DNA of 64,000 nucleotides from Adineta vaga (taxonomy: Eukaryota; Animalia; Rotifera). The stretch is taken from NCBI GenBank assembly GCA_021613535.1, contig CP075495.1:248001-312000 (forward strand), in the 5' to 3' direction. The notes beneath the pieces are model-generated. The model was not told the DNA's origin and did no database searches. It worked only from the letters and a program-made list of their open reading frames with translations. Of the stretch, positions 40,701 to 52,497 are shown piece after piece. The number at the start of each line of letters is the position of its first letter. The first letter of the stretch is position 1. A program made the translations under genes and the position numbers.

Positions 40701-41634
40701 CATTAACTTTCTTAATATAATCTACTTTATCCATACATACTACAGCATTTCCTTTGTCAGCACGTAAAATAACCAACGATTTATCACTTTTTAATTCTCT
40801 CAATGCAACATGTTCTTCTTGACTTAAATTTGAGATACGTTTAGTTTTAATTCTATTTATCATATCATTTGAAATTATCTTGATTTGATTACAAATAGGT
40901 TGCCATGGTATTTTCTTTTTCTCTAACTCATCTCGAATTCTTATCATACCATATTCAATTTCAGTTTGTATATTTAAAGGTTGAATGACTTTCTGTCCAA
41001 TGCAAAATTTCCATCCTCGACTGAGTAATTTCAATTGAGGTATGGTTAGTAATTGTGATGATAAATTGTAAACTAATTTTTCATGAGGAAGAAGTGGAGC
41101 ACGAGTATGATCAGCAACAGCACTTAATAATGTAGATAATTTATTTTCTTGTAAATTTTTAAACCTAGCGATTTCATATTGTTGTTTATCATATAAATGC
41201 AATTTAATACGGTAACGGTGATGTGCTGAGAATGTATTAAAAAGACCATCTAATCTCTTTTCATCTAATTCTCTTCTTATTTTAATTAATTTTTTTTGGT
41301 GTTGATTATATTCTATCATTAATAATTCACGTTGAAATTTCTTAACTGCAGGTGATGATGCCAGATGTTTATTAGCTAATTTAAAACGGATGAATTTTGG
41401 TGTTAAATTATAAATAAGACACATTCTAATATAATCAATATCACATTGTACTTTTGCTAATTTAACTGTCAGTCTCTCTATATACCTAAATCTTTTTAAC
41501 GCGCATTCGCCATACTTCAATCGAATGCAGTTAATCAAAGTAGAACTGTAAAAAGAGTTTTTTAAAAACCGAAAAATGAAGCAGAAAATAAAAAAGAAAT
41601 TTTTCATTTTATACGAGCTTTCGATGCTAATCAT
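37705..41634 (-). CDS. Penelope RT + GIY-YIG endonuclease with an ~475-aa Asn-rich insertion
   Basis: [12 protein letters not shown]...[49 protein letters not shown] and [19 protein letters not shown]...R...H...E. Uninterrupted 1309 codons. Confidence 0.96.
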   Translation of the reverse strand: MISIESSYKMKNFFFIFCFIFRFLKNSFYSSTLINCIRLKYGECALKRFRYIERLTVKLAKVQCDIDYIRMCLIYNLTPKFIRFKLANKHLASSPAVKKFQRELLMIEYNQHQKKLIKIRRELDEKRLDGLFNTFSAHHRYRIKLHLYDKQQYEIARFKNLQENKLSTLLSAVADHTRAPLLPHEKLVYNLSSQLLTIPQLKLLSRGWKFCIGQKVIQPLNIQTEIEYGMIRIRDELEKKKIPWQPICNQIKIISNDMINRIKTKRISNLSQEEHVALRELKSDKSLVILRADKGNAVVCMDKVDYIKKVNEMLSDPNKFLKIANDESRIDEGIINRRLSALLKEKKITKQIYDELFISGSSIPVLYCTVKIHKTNCPLRPIIAMYNAPSYEIAGFLSNVIKSVRNESQSYIKDSFSFVKLIKHKPIDDNELMLSFDIEQLYPNVPVSEAIEIAVELIFQNKKRTKINKITKNELFILFNLAVRNLHFRFYNNYYRQIQGVAMGSPLAPILANIFVCDLEEKYILNNPELNIKIWYHYVDDVFTIIQGTKDDALKILNYINSLHINIKFTHESERDRSLAFLDVKLTRNHNVIETSLYRKTTHTNLYMKWDACLPQYQKIGLIRTLTIRAYRICSNDSLLNIEIDHIKSVLNNNGYPIKIIRRTIERTLLKERERILLNTNQNNIIMNTTNNHVTINNNNKDNININIINNDMIKIDNMNNTTTNTIENNNNEKLNITSNNSDIVNQIQMEQLSINNNNNFNSNQSNETISNHHRYLSQCSTSSNNHIFYVNLNDENPKEKRRSLSYTNINIKQQITNNNNSTLLIHNLHMNNNQNNINIQSLNNNIDNTYQLNNVMNRELDNQQLFEITHTNNTNLNFDTQLNNNSIEPITYDNSRINKQDIKYNKPNHLNINRSIIVPFDQLISDTEKLKLNNNTNSSSISSSLSSIQYNNNNNIVKETPQPKKVNPISDKVLNKSMNQHMIHEVINNIEKNLNIKNDNNNNLNNDHKKERNINTIDNQSNNLKSTMCNHQKNKKPQQDKIRIDNNNMINKPILNNNILNNNENNTNQNIKHDIKLIINNHEIDNHSIIENCFNNNPAYIHNQIKQQKNNCDVNNQIINNNMNLNINNDNNKITSNSMSNYNSNNNHMQNDDRINIVLSYLGKESYIYSRKLTNLFKKLNINVRIIFKKNKTIGNFFINNLKGEQINKSGVIYQVNCGACDKVYIGQTSKTIQERMKQHQENINSDKPKHSNLMNHIITYNHKFKFEDVAVLANEGNEKKREIKETILTKKFNNIAINDISFKTCIF

Positions 41635-41650
41635 GCATCATCATCAGGTA
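41612..41650 (-). ncRNA. Minimal hammerhead ribozyme (5' pLTR)
   Basis: Identical to 37246-37284. Confidence 0.85.
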
Positions 41651-42046
41651 AGAAAAATATGCGGATTTACTGATCAATGAAAGTATATAAAGATACTTTA
41701 ACAAAGGTTTCAATCGTTCCTTGTCATACACATATTCAATCAAATTCGATAGAAACAAATATTACAAAAGGTAACCCCATCTATCGCTATTCATGATTCA
41801 ACTCTATACTTCGGATTGACACCATGTCGCATGTTTTATTAAAAATAGAAATCAATACAAAAAAGAATAAAAAACCAACAAGAAAAATAAAAACAAAAAA
41901 AAATAAAAATAGAATTTCAAACAAAGTTTATTAAATCATTTTTTTCAATACATTTTCCTCAAACGATGATTATCTAACTCTGCAACATCTTTGAATACAC
42001 CTGACTTTGTACTCCACATACAGAAAAAGAAGGAACATTATTGAAC

Positions 42047-44235
42047 ACAAATGGAACAATTAAGCATCAATAATAATAATAATTTTAATAGTAATCAATC
42101 GAATGAAACAATTTCTAATCATCATAGATATTTATCACAATGTAGTACTTCATCAAATAACCATATATTCTATGTTAATTTAAATGATGAAAATCCTAAA
42201 GAAAAAAGAAGATCATTATCTTATACAAATATAAACATTAAACAACAGATAACAAATAATAATAATAGTACCTTATTGATACATAATTTACATATGAATA
42301 ATAACCAAAATAACATTAACATTCAATCATTAAATAATAATATTGATAATACATATCAACTGAATAACGTAATGAATCGAGAATTAGATAATCAACAATT
42401 ATTTGAAATAACACATACAAATAATACGAATTTGAATTTCGATACTCAATTAAATAATAACTCAATTGAACCAATAACTTATGATAATTCAAGAATAAAT
42501 AAACAAGATATAAAATATAACAAGCCTAACCATTTAAACATTAATAGATCAATTATCGTACCTTTCGATCAATTAATATCTGACACAGAAAAGTTGAAAT
42601 TGAATAATAATACAAATAGCAGCAGTATATCATCATCCTTATCATCAATACAATATAATAACAATAATAACATAGTTAAAGAAACACCACAACCTAAGAA
42701 AGTTAATCCAATATCAGATAAAGTCTTAAATAAATCTATGAATCAACACATGATACATGAAGTAATTAATAATATTGAAAAGAATTTGAATATAAAGAAT
42801 GATAACAACAATAATTTAAACAATGATCATAAGAAAGAAAGAAATATTAATACAATTGATAATCAATCGAATAATCTTAAATCAACCATGTGTAATCATC
42901 AAAAAAACAAGAAACCACAACAAGATAAGATCAGAATTGATAACAACAATATGATTAATAAACCAATTCTAAACAACAATATTCTGAATAACAATGAGAA
43001 TAATACTAACCAGAATATTAAGCACGACATTAAATTAATCATTAATAACCATGAAATAGATAATCATTCAATAATTGAGAATTGTTTTAATAATAATCCA
43101 GCTTATATACATAATCAAATTAAGCAACAAAAGAATAATTGTGATGTTAATAATCAAATAATTAATAACAACATGAATTTAAATATAAATAATGATAACA
43201 ATAAGATAACATCAAATAGCATGAGTAATTATAATTCGAATAATAATCATATGCAAAATGATGATAGAATTAACATTGTACTAAGTTATTTGGGAAAAGA
43301 ATCATATATCTACAGTAGAAAATTAACAAATTTATTTAAGAAATTAAACATCAATGTTAGAATAATTTTTAAAAAGAATAAAACAATTGGAAATTTTTTC
43401 ATTAACAATTTAAAAGGTGAACAAATCAATAAAAGTGGAGTTATATATCAAGTTAACTGTGGTGCGTGTGATAAAGTATATATAGGACAAACAAGTAAGA
43501 CTATCCAAGAAAGAATGAAACAACATCAAGAGAACATTAATAGTGATAAACCTAAACATAGTAACTTAATGAATCATATAATAACGTACAATCACAAATT
43601 TAAATTTGAAGATGTCGCTGTATTAGCAAATGAAGGTAATGAGAAGAAAAGAGAAATAAAAGAAACTATCTTAACCAAAAAATTTAACAACATAGCAATC
43701 AACGATATTTCGTTTAAAACCTGTATTTTTTAGTCTATTTTATCAATCATGAATTCTCATTAGTTAATTCGTAATTATTCTATTTATCTTTTATAAAATT
43801 TCAATTTGATTTATTTATTAACCTTTTTTCATAATCAATCATTAATTATCTGCGTAATTTCCAATTACTTCTAAAATCTACATTAATTAAGTTAATTATA
43901 TTTATCTGAATAAGACCAGTTTGTATTCCAATTTAATTTCGACAAAAATTATATTTATTCTAATTATTATGAAATCTTTGTTATTATAATCAATCTTATT
44001 CCCTCAATTCTCTTAAGTTTTATTTATTAATTCTTTACATATTCCGATAAAACAATTTATCTCAATCAATAATTTATATAATTTTTCAAGTTTTTCTTTC
44101 TAATTATATCATTGTTATAAAATATCGCTATATAATAAATCTTTTTAATGATCTACCTGATGATGATGCATGATTAGCATCGAAAGCTCGTATAAAATGA
44201 AAAATTTCTTTTTTATTTTCTGCTTCATTTTTCGG
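42047..44235 (+). mobile_element. Inverted 5'-truncated Penelope copy; ORF 42051-43733 encodes the Asn-rich region and GIY-YIG only
   Basis: The 560-aa protein is identical to the C-terminus of the full ORF. The 3' UTR differs by a few substitutions and 1-bp indels. Confidence 0.95.
44154..44192 (+). ncRNA. Minimal hammerhead ribozyme (inverted copy)
   Basis: Same 39-nt motif on the plus strand. Confidence 0.85.
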
Positions 44236-45173
44236 AGTTTAATCAATTAATGATTATTCTTTCTCTTTTTCTTTCTCACCTTTAACATTCATTATTCTAA
44301 CATTGATATGAGTATCTATTATTAACCGTGGAATTAACTTATTATCTTATCATTTTTCATCTTACACTAACACACATTAAGCTGTTTGTTCATATTCATC
44401 ATTTCTATCCCATAACGTTAGTTTATTTGTATTGATTCGAATGAAATATCCGATTAGATTTGTTTTAATATGGGATCAGTTAAATAATCTCAGGAGTTTC
44501 AGTATATATTTGTCGATCATATGTGTCATTGGGTATGAGATCGAATATGATTTTTTATATATGATCTCTATTACGACATCATCATGTTAACATAGAAACT
44601 GAAAGATTAAAACATTAAGAAGTTGAACATTTCAATTCTTTTTCTTACCTCTTACGTTTATTGACATCTATCGCTTATTCTTTTTACATGCTATTTGAAT
44701 TTAATTTTCAAGAAATAGGATATTTAGAATATTTTAGCAGATGAAAATTCGGAACTAAATAAATCAGCTGAATAACGTTTGTTCGTTATATTTCTTTTTC
44801 AAGATTCCATTTATTTACATCTTGAGATTTCGATTATATTCAAATCGATTTTTTTTCAACATGTTTCGCTATTCATTTTCATACATCAATCATTAGTCTT
44901 ACTTTAAACATATGAAATGAACATAGATATAGTTGTATGGATCAATTTTTATGATAAAAAGTCTTTCTCGAAGAAAATGATCAAATATCGTATTTTTTTA
45001 TTTGATTTTGTTATTTCAATTTCGTTATTGATATAAAAAACGACAACAGTTACTTTTGAAAAAATGAAAAATTCAACTGAGACATCTCATAGATAAATAG
45101 ATAGATAAGATAATATATGATTAATGATCATTACGTAACTCCTTGAATCGATTCATATTTTCATTTGATCATC

Positions 45174-45478
45174 CCCAGGACGGACGTTCCGGCCTCCGGA
45201 TCCGAAAGGAACCTGCCAGAAATCACGCCTTTCCGAGGATATTCCGGACAGTTCCAGCTAGTTCCAAAGGGTTCCAACCGGAAAACAAAGGAGAGTGGAA
45301 GCAGTATTCCGATCGGAATTTCTCGGACTGTTCTGGTGAATTCCAGTTGTTTTCCGACTGGAACTTAGTCAGAAGCGAGTGGAAAAGTCCGAAAATATAC
45401 GAGTCGGAATCCTGCTTCCATGAAATGACCGGAATGTTCTGGTTCCGACCGGATCCGGCTCGGATTTTTCGACCTGGG
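45174..45478. mobile_element. GC-rich MITE with CCCAGG...CCTGGG termini
   Basis: Short TIR, apparent 2-bp TSD TC, internal TTCCGG/CCGGAA motifs, sharp GC contrast with the flanks. Confidence 0.7.
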
Positions 45479-48400
45479 TCCCATAATAAATCACGTAGGT
45501 AATCTAACAATAATCAGTTGTATTTGAAAAGATAAGTTTATGATTTATCGGTTATACTCATAGATTATATAAGATTCTGACATTTATACTGTTTTGAAAT
45601 ATTGGAATGATCGTTTTTTCCGAAAAATTTTGAATTTTATTGCTCATATATATAGTTGAGAATAGTGATGATTCTGTTGTTATTCTTCTTTTTCAACATT
45701 GAACAATATGCTTTTTTCCATGATATTGAAAAAGAAAGAAACTCTTGGATATGGAAAAAACAAACAACAATTTTAATTTGTACATGCTAACTTCTATGAT
45801 CTTCACTATAAGATGGAACATCATTTTAACAAACTTCTACTTTCATATTACATTAAAAGTAAAGAAAATAAAAGGAGAAATCAACTGTTCAAATAGAAAT
45901 CTAAAGGATAGATGATAACTGCTCTTTCTTATTGCATTTCTTGACTTAATAGTATACCAAATTTCTCCAACAACGATAACCATATTTTAATCTTTCAAGA
46001 TATTTTTTAAATAAAAACTGAAACGACTGATTTTCATAAAAAAATGCTTTATTTTCTAAATTATATCAAATAGTTAAGAAAGATGAATAAGCAATGCGTT
46101 TTTTGCACTATTTTGTGCACAAGTTATTGTTGTACACAATGTAATCAAATGAGTCGTGGTTTAAAATTCGAACGTTTAGAAACATGTTCTAATAGTGTCA
46201 TGAACCGCGATGAAATCAATTCCCTTGCACAACGAATTAAACAGGTGAGTTCATTTGAACAATCATCAAATTAAAAAAAATGAAAATATTGTAGATGGAT
46301 TCAATTATAAAACCATTTCAGTTTTATCCCACTTATGTCTTTGACGAAACAAAACATGTAGTAGACGTAGTCGCTAAGGAATATCTTGAAAAGGCGACTG
46401 CTGATACACATCACATCTTGTTCCTGCTGATGTTTCTGGTGATGGAAACTGTTTATATCATTCTATTGTTCTTTTGATGAACAATCCATTGGTGACGGCT
46501 AGTGAATTGCGAGGTATAAATTCTTTTTCTTGATGTTATCCTGAATTACGATTTGAAAACAATTTTTAGTTCGAACTGTTATTAAACTTATAACTAATGA
46601 AAACCACTACGATAGCATGTATACACGATATGCAGAAAATACCGATATTATTATTCAAGCAGCGTGCAAAAAGGAAATGTATTCGGAAATACATGAAGTT
46701 GCTGCATTATGCAACGTACTACAATGCAACATACGAAGTGTTTATCCAAGAATTGATTTTGAATATTACAAAGCAATTTGGGATAGCGTCTTTACACCTA
46801 TTCCACCTGTTATTGGAAATTGTACTATTGTAGTCTTATGGTCATGTACTTTAGATGAAAAAGATGCTCGAAAAACATATAACGGCTTCTGGAGACCAAA
46901 TCATTTTGTGCCACTTCTGTCTCCACCTATTCTTAATGAAGTCAATAGTGAATCAATATCACTTGTTGTGGTAAGTTAGCGAATTGTCAATAGAAAAATT
47001 AAAGCGTTGAAAGTTTTCTGTAGGCACCTGAAAAGAGAACGTTCAAAAACAATACTGTTACTCAAATAAGGATACCTGAATTTCAATCTTCTTCAAGTAG
47101 ACGATTACGAAATGAAGAGAACATTGGAGATAATTTCATCCAAACAGATCCGCCAATTGCAATGGAAACGGAAAAGAACGATAAGGAAGAAAGACGTCAA
47201 ATTCAGCTTCAGAAGAAAAGAGAGCAAAGCCGATCGAGCCGAATGAATGAAACAGAAGAAGAACCGGAAATTCGTCTACAGAAAGACAGAGAACAAACTT
47301 AAATAAATAGAACCAATGAAACTGAAGAAGGACGAGAAATTCGTCTACAAAAAGAAAGAGAACGAATTCAAATTAATAGAATGAATGAAATAGAAGTACA
47401 TCAGAAAATCCGACTCGAGAAAACGAGTGAAAGAAACCAATCAAGTCGAACGAACGAGTTAGAAAAACAAGATCAAATTCGACTGGAACAACAAAAGAAA
47501 CGAAGTCAAGCAAATAGAGCTGAAAAGAAACATGAAACTGTTGGTGGCGGACAAGACTCTGTCCGCTCATCTTGGCCTGAGCTAATTTCTCGTGATTTAA
47601 AAGAAACTCGTTTGCAGCAATTTTTAGAACAGATGTCTATGTCAAAATTAGCTGAAGCTACCTGTGCAGTTTGTAATATTCGCACTCCAGCAAAAGATTC
47701 GAAGTAAATACCAATCTAAAAAATTCCTAATATGAATTTGCTAAAAGTTTCTGAAGATCTGAAAAATTTAATCAAGAACATAATGGAGAATGCTGTCACT
47801 CGCATTGATGATAGTAATACACATACGACATCATTTTTTAAAAGTATGTAGAATTAATTTAGTTCAAAAAATTTACAGATCTGTTTCCTTTTAGATCAGT
47901 CAAATTTTGATTCGTCATCTTTCTGCTGTGAAAATGATATTCTCTTCTACAAAAGTGGCTTATTTCAAACCAACAGGGTGAAAATGTGTATCCTCTGTCA
48001 AAAATGCCATACTTCTTTTTCAAAAGAAAAAATACCGAAGTTTTCAGCTGCTAATAATATGTGGCTAGGTGATATACCTAAGGAATTACAAGGACTGACG
48101 ATTCCAGAAGAAAAATTAATATCTCTCTATCGTCACAATAGCTGTATAATAAAGCTTCAATCACCTTTTCACTCAACTACAACTGCTCAAACAGCATTAA
48201 AGGGAAATTGTATTACGTTTCTTCAAAATGTACCAAATATCGTCACTAGTTTACCACTTAAAGTAATCTTTATTGGAGCTCGACCACCTGATCGTCTTCA
48301 TCTTAGAAAAGTACTAACCGTTCGTAAGAAAAAAATTATTGAAACGTTACAATGGTTGAAAAAATAAAACATACTTTATCAAGACATCAACATAAATCTG

Positions 48401-49154
48401 AACAATATTGCTCAATTACCAGAAGATGATGTACCAGAATGCATCATGTCAGCTTTAGAACAAAAGATAGATGATGAAGACGGTCAATCTGAAAGAACTG
48501 GATATGTTCCTGATCCATTAATGAACCCACAAGAACGCACCACTGCAGATGTCATACTTATCAGTAACAGGTAAGAGGAATTAACAAATCAATGAATTCA
48601 TATAGTTTCTCTATTTTAGTGGTGTTCTTGATGTTAATGGCTCATCAGTATCATCAGATGAGATTACAGTCAGAATCCCTAATAACAACACTAATTTTTT
48701 AGCTGATCGTAAATGATCTCGTTCTCCACTATTACATGATCAATTAGAAATATTTTTGCATAGCTATAATCTTTAGATTCTCCTCTTTCAAATGATACTA
48801 AATTATCCATGATTGCGAAATCTAATAGTGGAGAAATCAGCGGTATAAAATTATGAACCGCCTCTGTTGTTTCTAGGGCTATTTCCCAAATATCAACACT
48901 CCAGCTATTTTTTGACCCTAATAACAACACTCCAGCAAAAATGAGGTGAAAATGAACATTTTGAGAAAAAGAGTATTTTTCATAGTTTTTACTCGGGAAA
49001 CGAGCAAAGGTTCTTCTGGCAATATTGTAGCCCATATCGAACTCTATCTAAATCCAAAAGTTCATGAGGATCGAACTATAATATAAGAAGAAAAAAACTT
49101 CCACAAGAAGTCATAAGTCACTACTGGGAAAAATTTTGACTTTAATTCCAACAC

Positions 49155-49484
49155 GCAGCTATTTTTTCACCCTAATAACAACATCCCAGCAAAATTTTGA
49201 CCTTAATAACAACATCAACTGGTTTTTCATTTTAATCATAATTTCCAGCTATTTTTTGACCCTAATAACAACATCCCAGCAAAATTTTGACCTTAATAAC
49301 AACATCAACTGGTTTTTCATTTTAATCATAATTTCCAGCTATTTTTTGACCCTAATAACAACATCCCAGCAAAATTTTGACCTTAATAACAACATCAACT
49401 GGTTTTTCATTTTAATCATAATTTCCAGCTATTTTTTGACTCTAATAACAACACTTCAGCTATTTTTTTCACCTTAGTAACAAT
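49155..49484 (+). repeat. 90-bp tandem units inside the left TIR (three here, two in the right TIR at ~53050-53290)
   Basis: Repeated core TTTTGACC(C/T)TAATAACAACA. Confidence 0.9.
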
Positions 49485-49955
49485 AAATGAAGTAGCTTTT
49501 AATTTCAATACTACTAAAAATTATAATTTTAATAAGAGAATTTATTCACAACAATACATTTATTCATGAATATACTAGAAAATTGATAATAATCCCTACT
49601 CATATCTCTATCGATTATTCATGAAGAAGAATTGCTTCAAAAGTATATAAAAAGTTTAATTACAGATGAATTTATAGATGCCGCTCGTAAGCAATGAATT
49701 CTTCGTTAGTGACATCATTAGGAATGAAAATAATTTAGATGACTAATATTAACGAACATGAAAATCATTCATTAAGTGGGTCATTGTAGAAATTGTAAGC
49801 TAATCAAATAATTGTAAAAAAATTATACCGATTGAATGTTGTTAATGTTTTCCAATATAAATAGTTAGAAGAGAAGTTTATTGAATTTTTTAATGAAAAA
49901 TAGTTGTTTCATAGATATTTTAACTTTTAAACTGTTTTAGTATGAACTTTTTTTA

Positions 49956-52497
49956 ATGTCTTTTGTAAAAAAACAACGTGGTCTTTATCTCAAAGAGAAG
50001 TTGGAAGAAGCTATACGTGATGTAAAAGAAGGCAGAATGACATCAGCAGACGCTTCTCGTGAACATAATGTACCATCAAGTACAATTCGTTGTCATGTGA
50101 ATGGTATTTCACCACGTATAGGTGCTGGACGATCATCTTATATCAATTCGGAACAAGAAAAATATCTAGTGGAAATGATTAAATATTTGGAGGGTGTGGG
50201 TGTACGATTGACAAAAGAAGTACTACGAAAGATTTGTAATGAATATGTAAATCTTGTATCAAATAATTTTCGATCTATCGGTAAATTTAAATCTTTACAT
50301 CTAAATCCATATTTAATTTTCGATTTTTAGATAACGAACTTAGTCTTCATTGGATAAACAATTTTTTAATAAGAAACAAGAACGATATCAAAATGATTAA
50401 AGAAAAAAAACTCGAAAAAAGTCGTCGAGATGGATTTAGCGAAGAAGTACGAAAAGGTTATTTTGCCAATGTTAAACAAGTATTAGAAAAAAATGATCTT
50501 TTATATAAACCTTTACAAATATGGAACGTTGATGAATCTGGATTTAATGATGACACTCAAAGTAAGTGATGTTCTATTATACTATTGTTTCGATAACTGT
50601 GTATTAAATTCTAATATACACAGAGCTCCAGTACGACAATAGTCATGAGCATATATATAATAATTGATACAGTTTATTAGAAATGCCTTTATCGAAGCTC
50701 ATTATGTCGACTTTTTTAGAATGGATTCTAATACGAAATTTTTTTAATAATATCAAGAAACAATTATGAGTGATATTTCTAAAATAAAACGGACGAATTC
50801 AATAAAGATGCGTTTTTACTATCTTTATATCAAACAAGCTCCGCTAGTTTGTTAACATATTTGTAAATCTCGATATGCGTCTTATACTCTTTCATATTTC
50901 TTTATTTAAATGTGATGAGTGAGAACTGAGGATGAGAGAGAATCAATATTAGTATGTTTAACTGTTGAAATAGTAAACAATAGTTTTTTTGTATAATGTA
51001 TATATATATAGTTTATAGTGATTCTTATATCATATCACTAATTAACTATTATATTAAATTCTTTTAGTGTTGCTAAAACAAAATGGAAGAAATTAGTAAA
51101 AAATTATTTCCAAAAAACGACAAGAAAAACCATTCGAAAAATGGACTTTCCTTCACTTTTAAACCAGCTTTTTATAAGTTCGTTCACAGTTGCATCAGTT
51201 TCTGGTGGATTTCGACGTGCTGGTCTATCACCATTTGATGATGAAGCAATGAAACACAAAGTAGTACGCCCACGTCCGTCACTTAATAATCCTACTACTG
51301 CTGGGTACGAACTCGTAAAATCATTTCATTCTTATAATTGATACGTTTTAGTTCATCAGCAACAACTATTCTATCAGATATAATGAATATAGTTAATACA
51401 TCTGGTGGTAATGGAAATGGTGGTAATAATCCATCTTATTCACATCAAACGATTAATAAGTAAGTGATTTAAAATCATCTAGCAACGGAAATTCTTTTAA
51501 TACTTGAGTATACGTATAATCACATTATCTATTCGTGAGTAAATAATTCTATTTCTCCTATATTTTTGAGATAAAACTAACTTGATTGTACGACAGTTTT
51601 TTCAGATTTTGTCTCAGATATTTCTGTAAAATAATTCTACTATTTACGTTATTCTGTCTTTTACTGAATTTCTATAACATCTATTTTGAACCACACCTAT
51701 GTTTAACTAACATATTATACGAATTCAGATGACATGCTGCTTACATGTAAAATACCAGCTGTCTTATACGATCTATCTGAAAAGCCCTTTTCTCTATAAT
51801 AGATTGATTTTCAGCAAGTTTTTAAATTTAACACAAATATCTCATTCAAACAATCGTTGGATTTTTACTTTTAATTTTTGTATTCTTCTTCAGTTTGGCA
51901 ACGTCTTCACACAGTCGTCAACCGACTTTTGATGATTCTGACGACGACGATGATGATTCATTCGATGATCTATATGATGGTTCAGATGATAATCAACATA
52001 ATAAAAGGTATGAAATGTATATTAATGTTTACATTTTATTTATATGATTAATTTCAATTTTCAGCAATTTACATGATGTAGTTGATAGTAGGACGAACAA
52101 AAAACGAAAAACAGTCGAATCTGATACATCTGATGAAGGTAAAAATCTAATCTTATTCTTTTCCTTGTCATTTATATCTTCCAATTTAGACTATGATCTT
52201 TCATCAAATCGAAATGTAACAAGCTCAACAAATACATCAACATTAGCACCAGCTCGAACAAGTCCACGAACGGCTGTTCAATCCATTATTACAACATATT
52301 TAAACAAATCTATCACCTCTGGGACATCAACAATTACTAAACCAAATCCACGTATTCGTGTAGAACGTCGTTATGGTGAAGAAATAACTAGTGGAAATCT
52401 TCTCGATGAATTGAAAAAAAAAGATGCAGCAAAAGAGACGAAATCAAATACATCCAAAGCTGTGAAACAATCTAACTATTCACGTAAAAAGACATAA
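49956..52497 (+). pseudogene. pogo/CENP-B-type transposase, multi-exon, central DDE exons missing
   Basis: HTH-psq (LEEAIRDV...ASREHNVPSSTIR), CENP-B HTH (EQEKYLVEMI; HWINNFLIRN), IWNVDESGF and later GFRRAGLSPFD. No DGH or QPLD segment found in 50562-51067. Confidence 0.8.

Larger units (their letters stand above)
37165..41650 (-). mobile_element. Penelope-like retroelement (endonuclease-containing), full-length, with pseudo-LTR direct repeats
   Basis: The ~120-bp direct repeats 37165-37284 and 41531-41650 bound the RT-GIY-YIG ORF and its 3' UTR. Confidence 0.93.

Noticed and set aside
45143-45510. Three overlapping ORFs
   Set aside because: By-product of a GC-rich MITE with no protein motifs.
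49136-49477. Repeat array as CRISPR or repeat protein (also 53057-53308; ORFs 48691-49035 and 53409-53753)
   Set aside because: The units are identical with no unique spacers and no cas genes. They lie within the TIRs and are mirrored.
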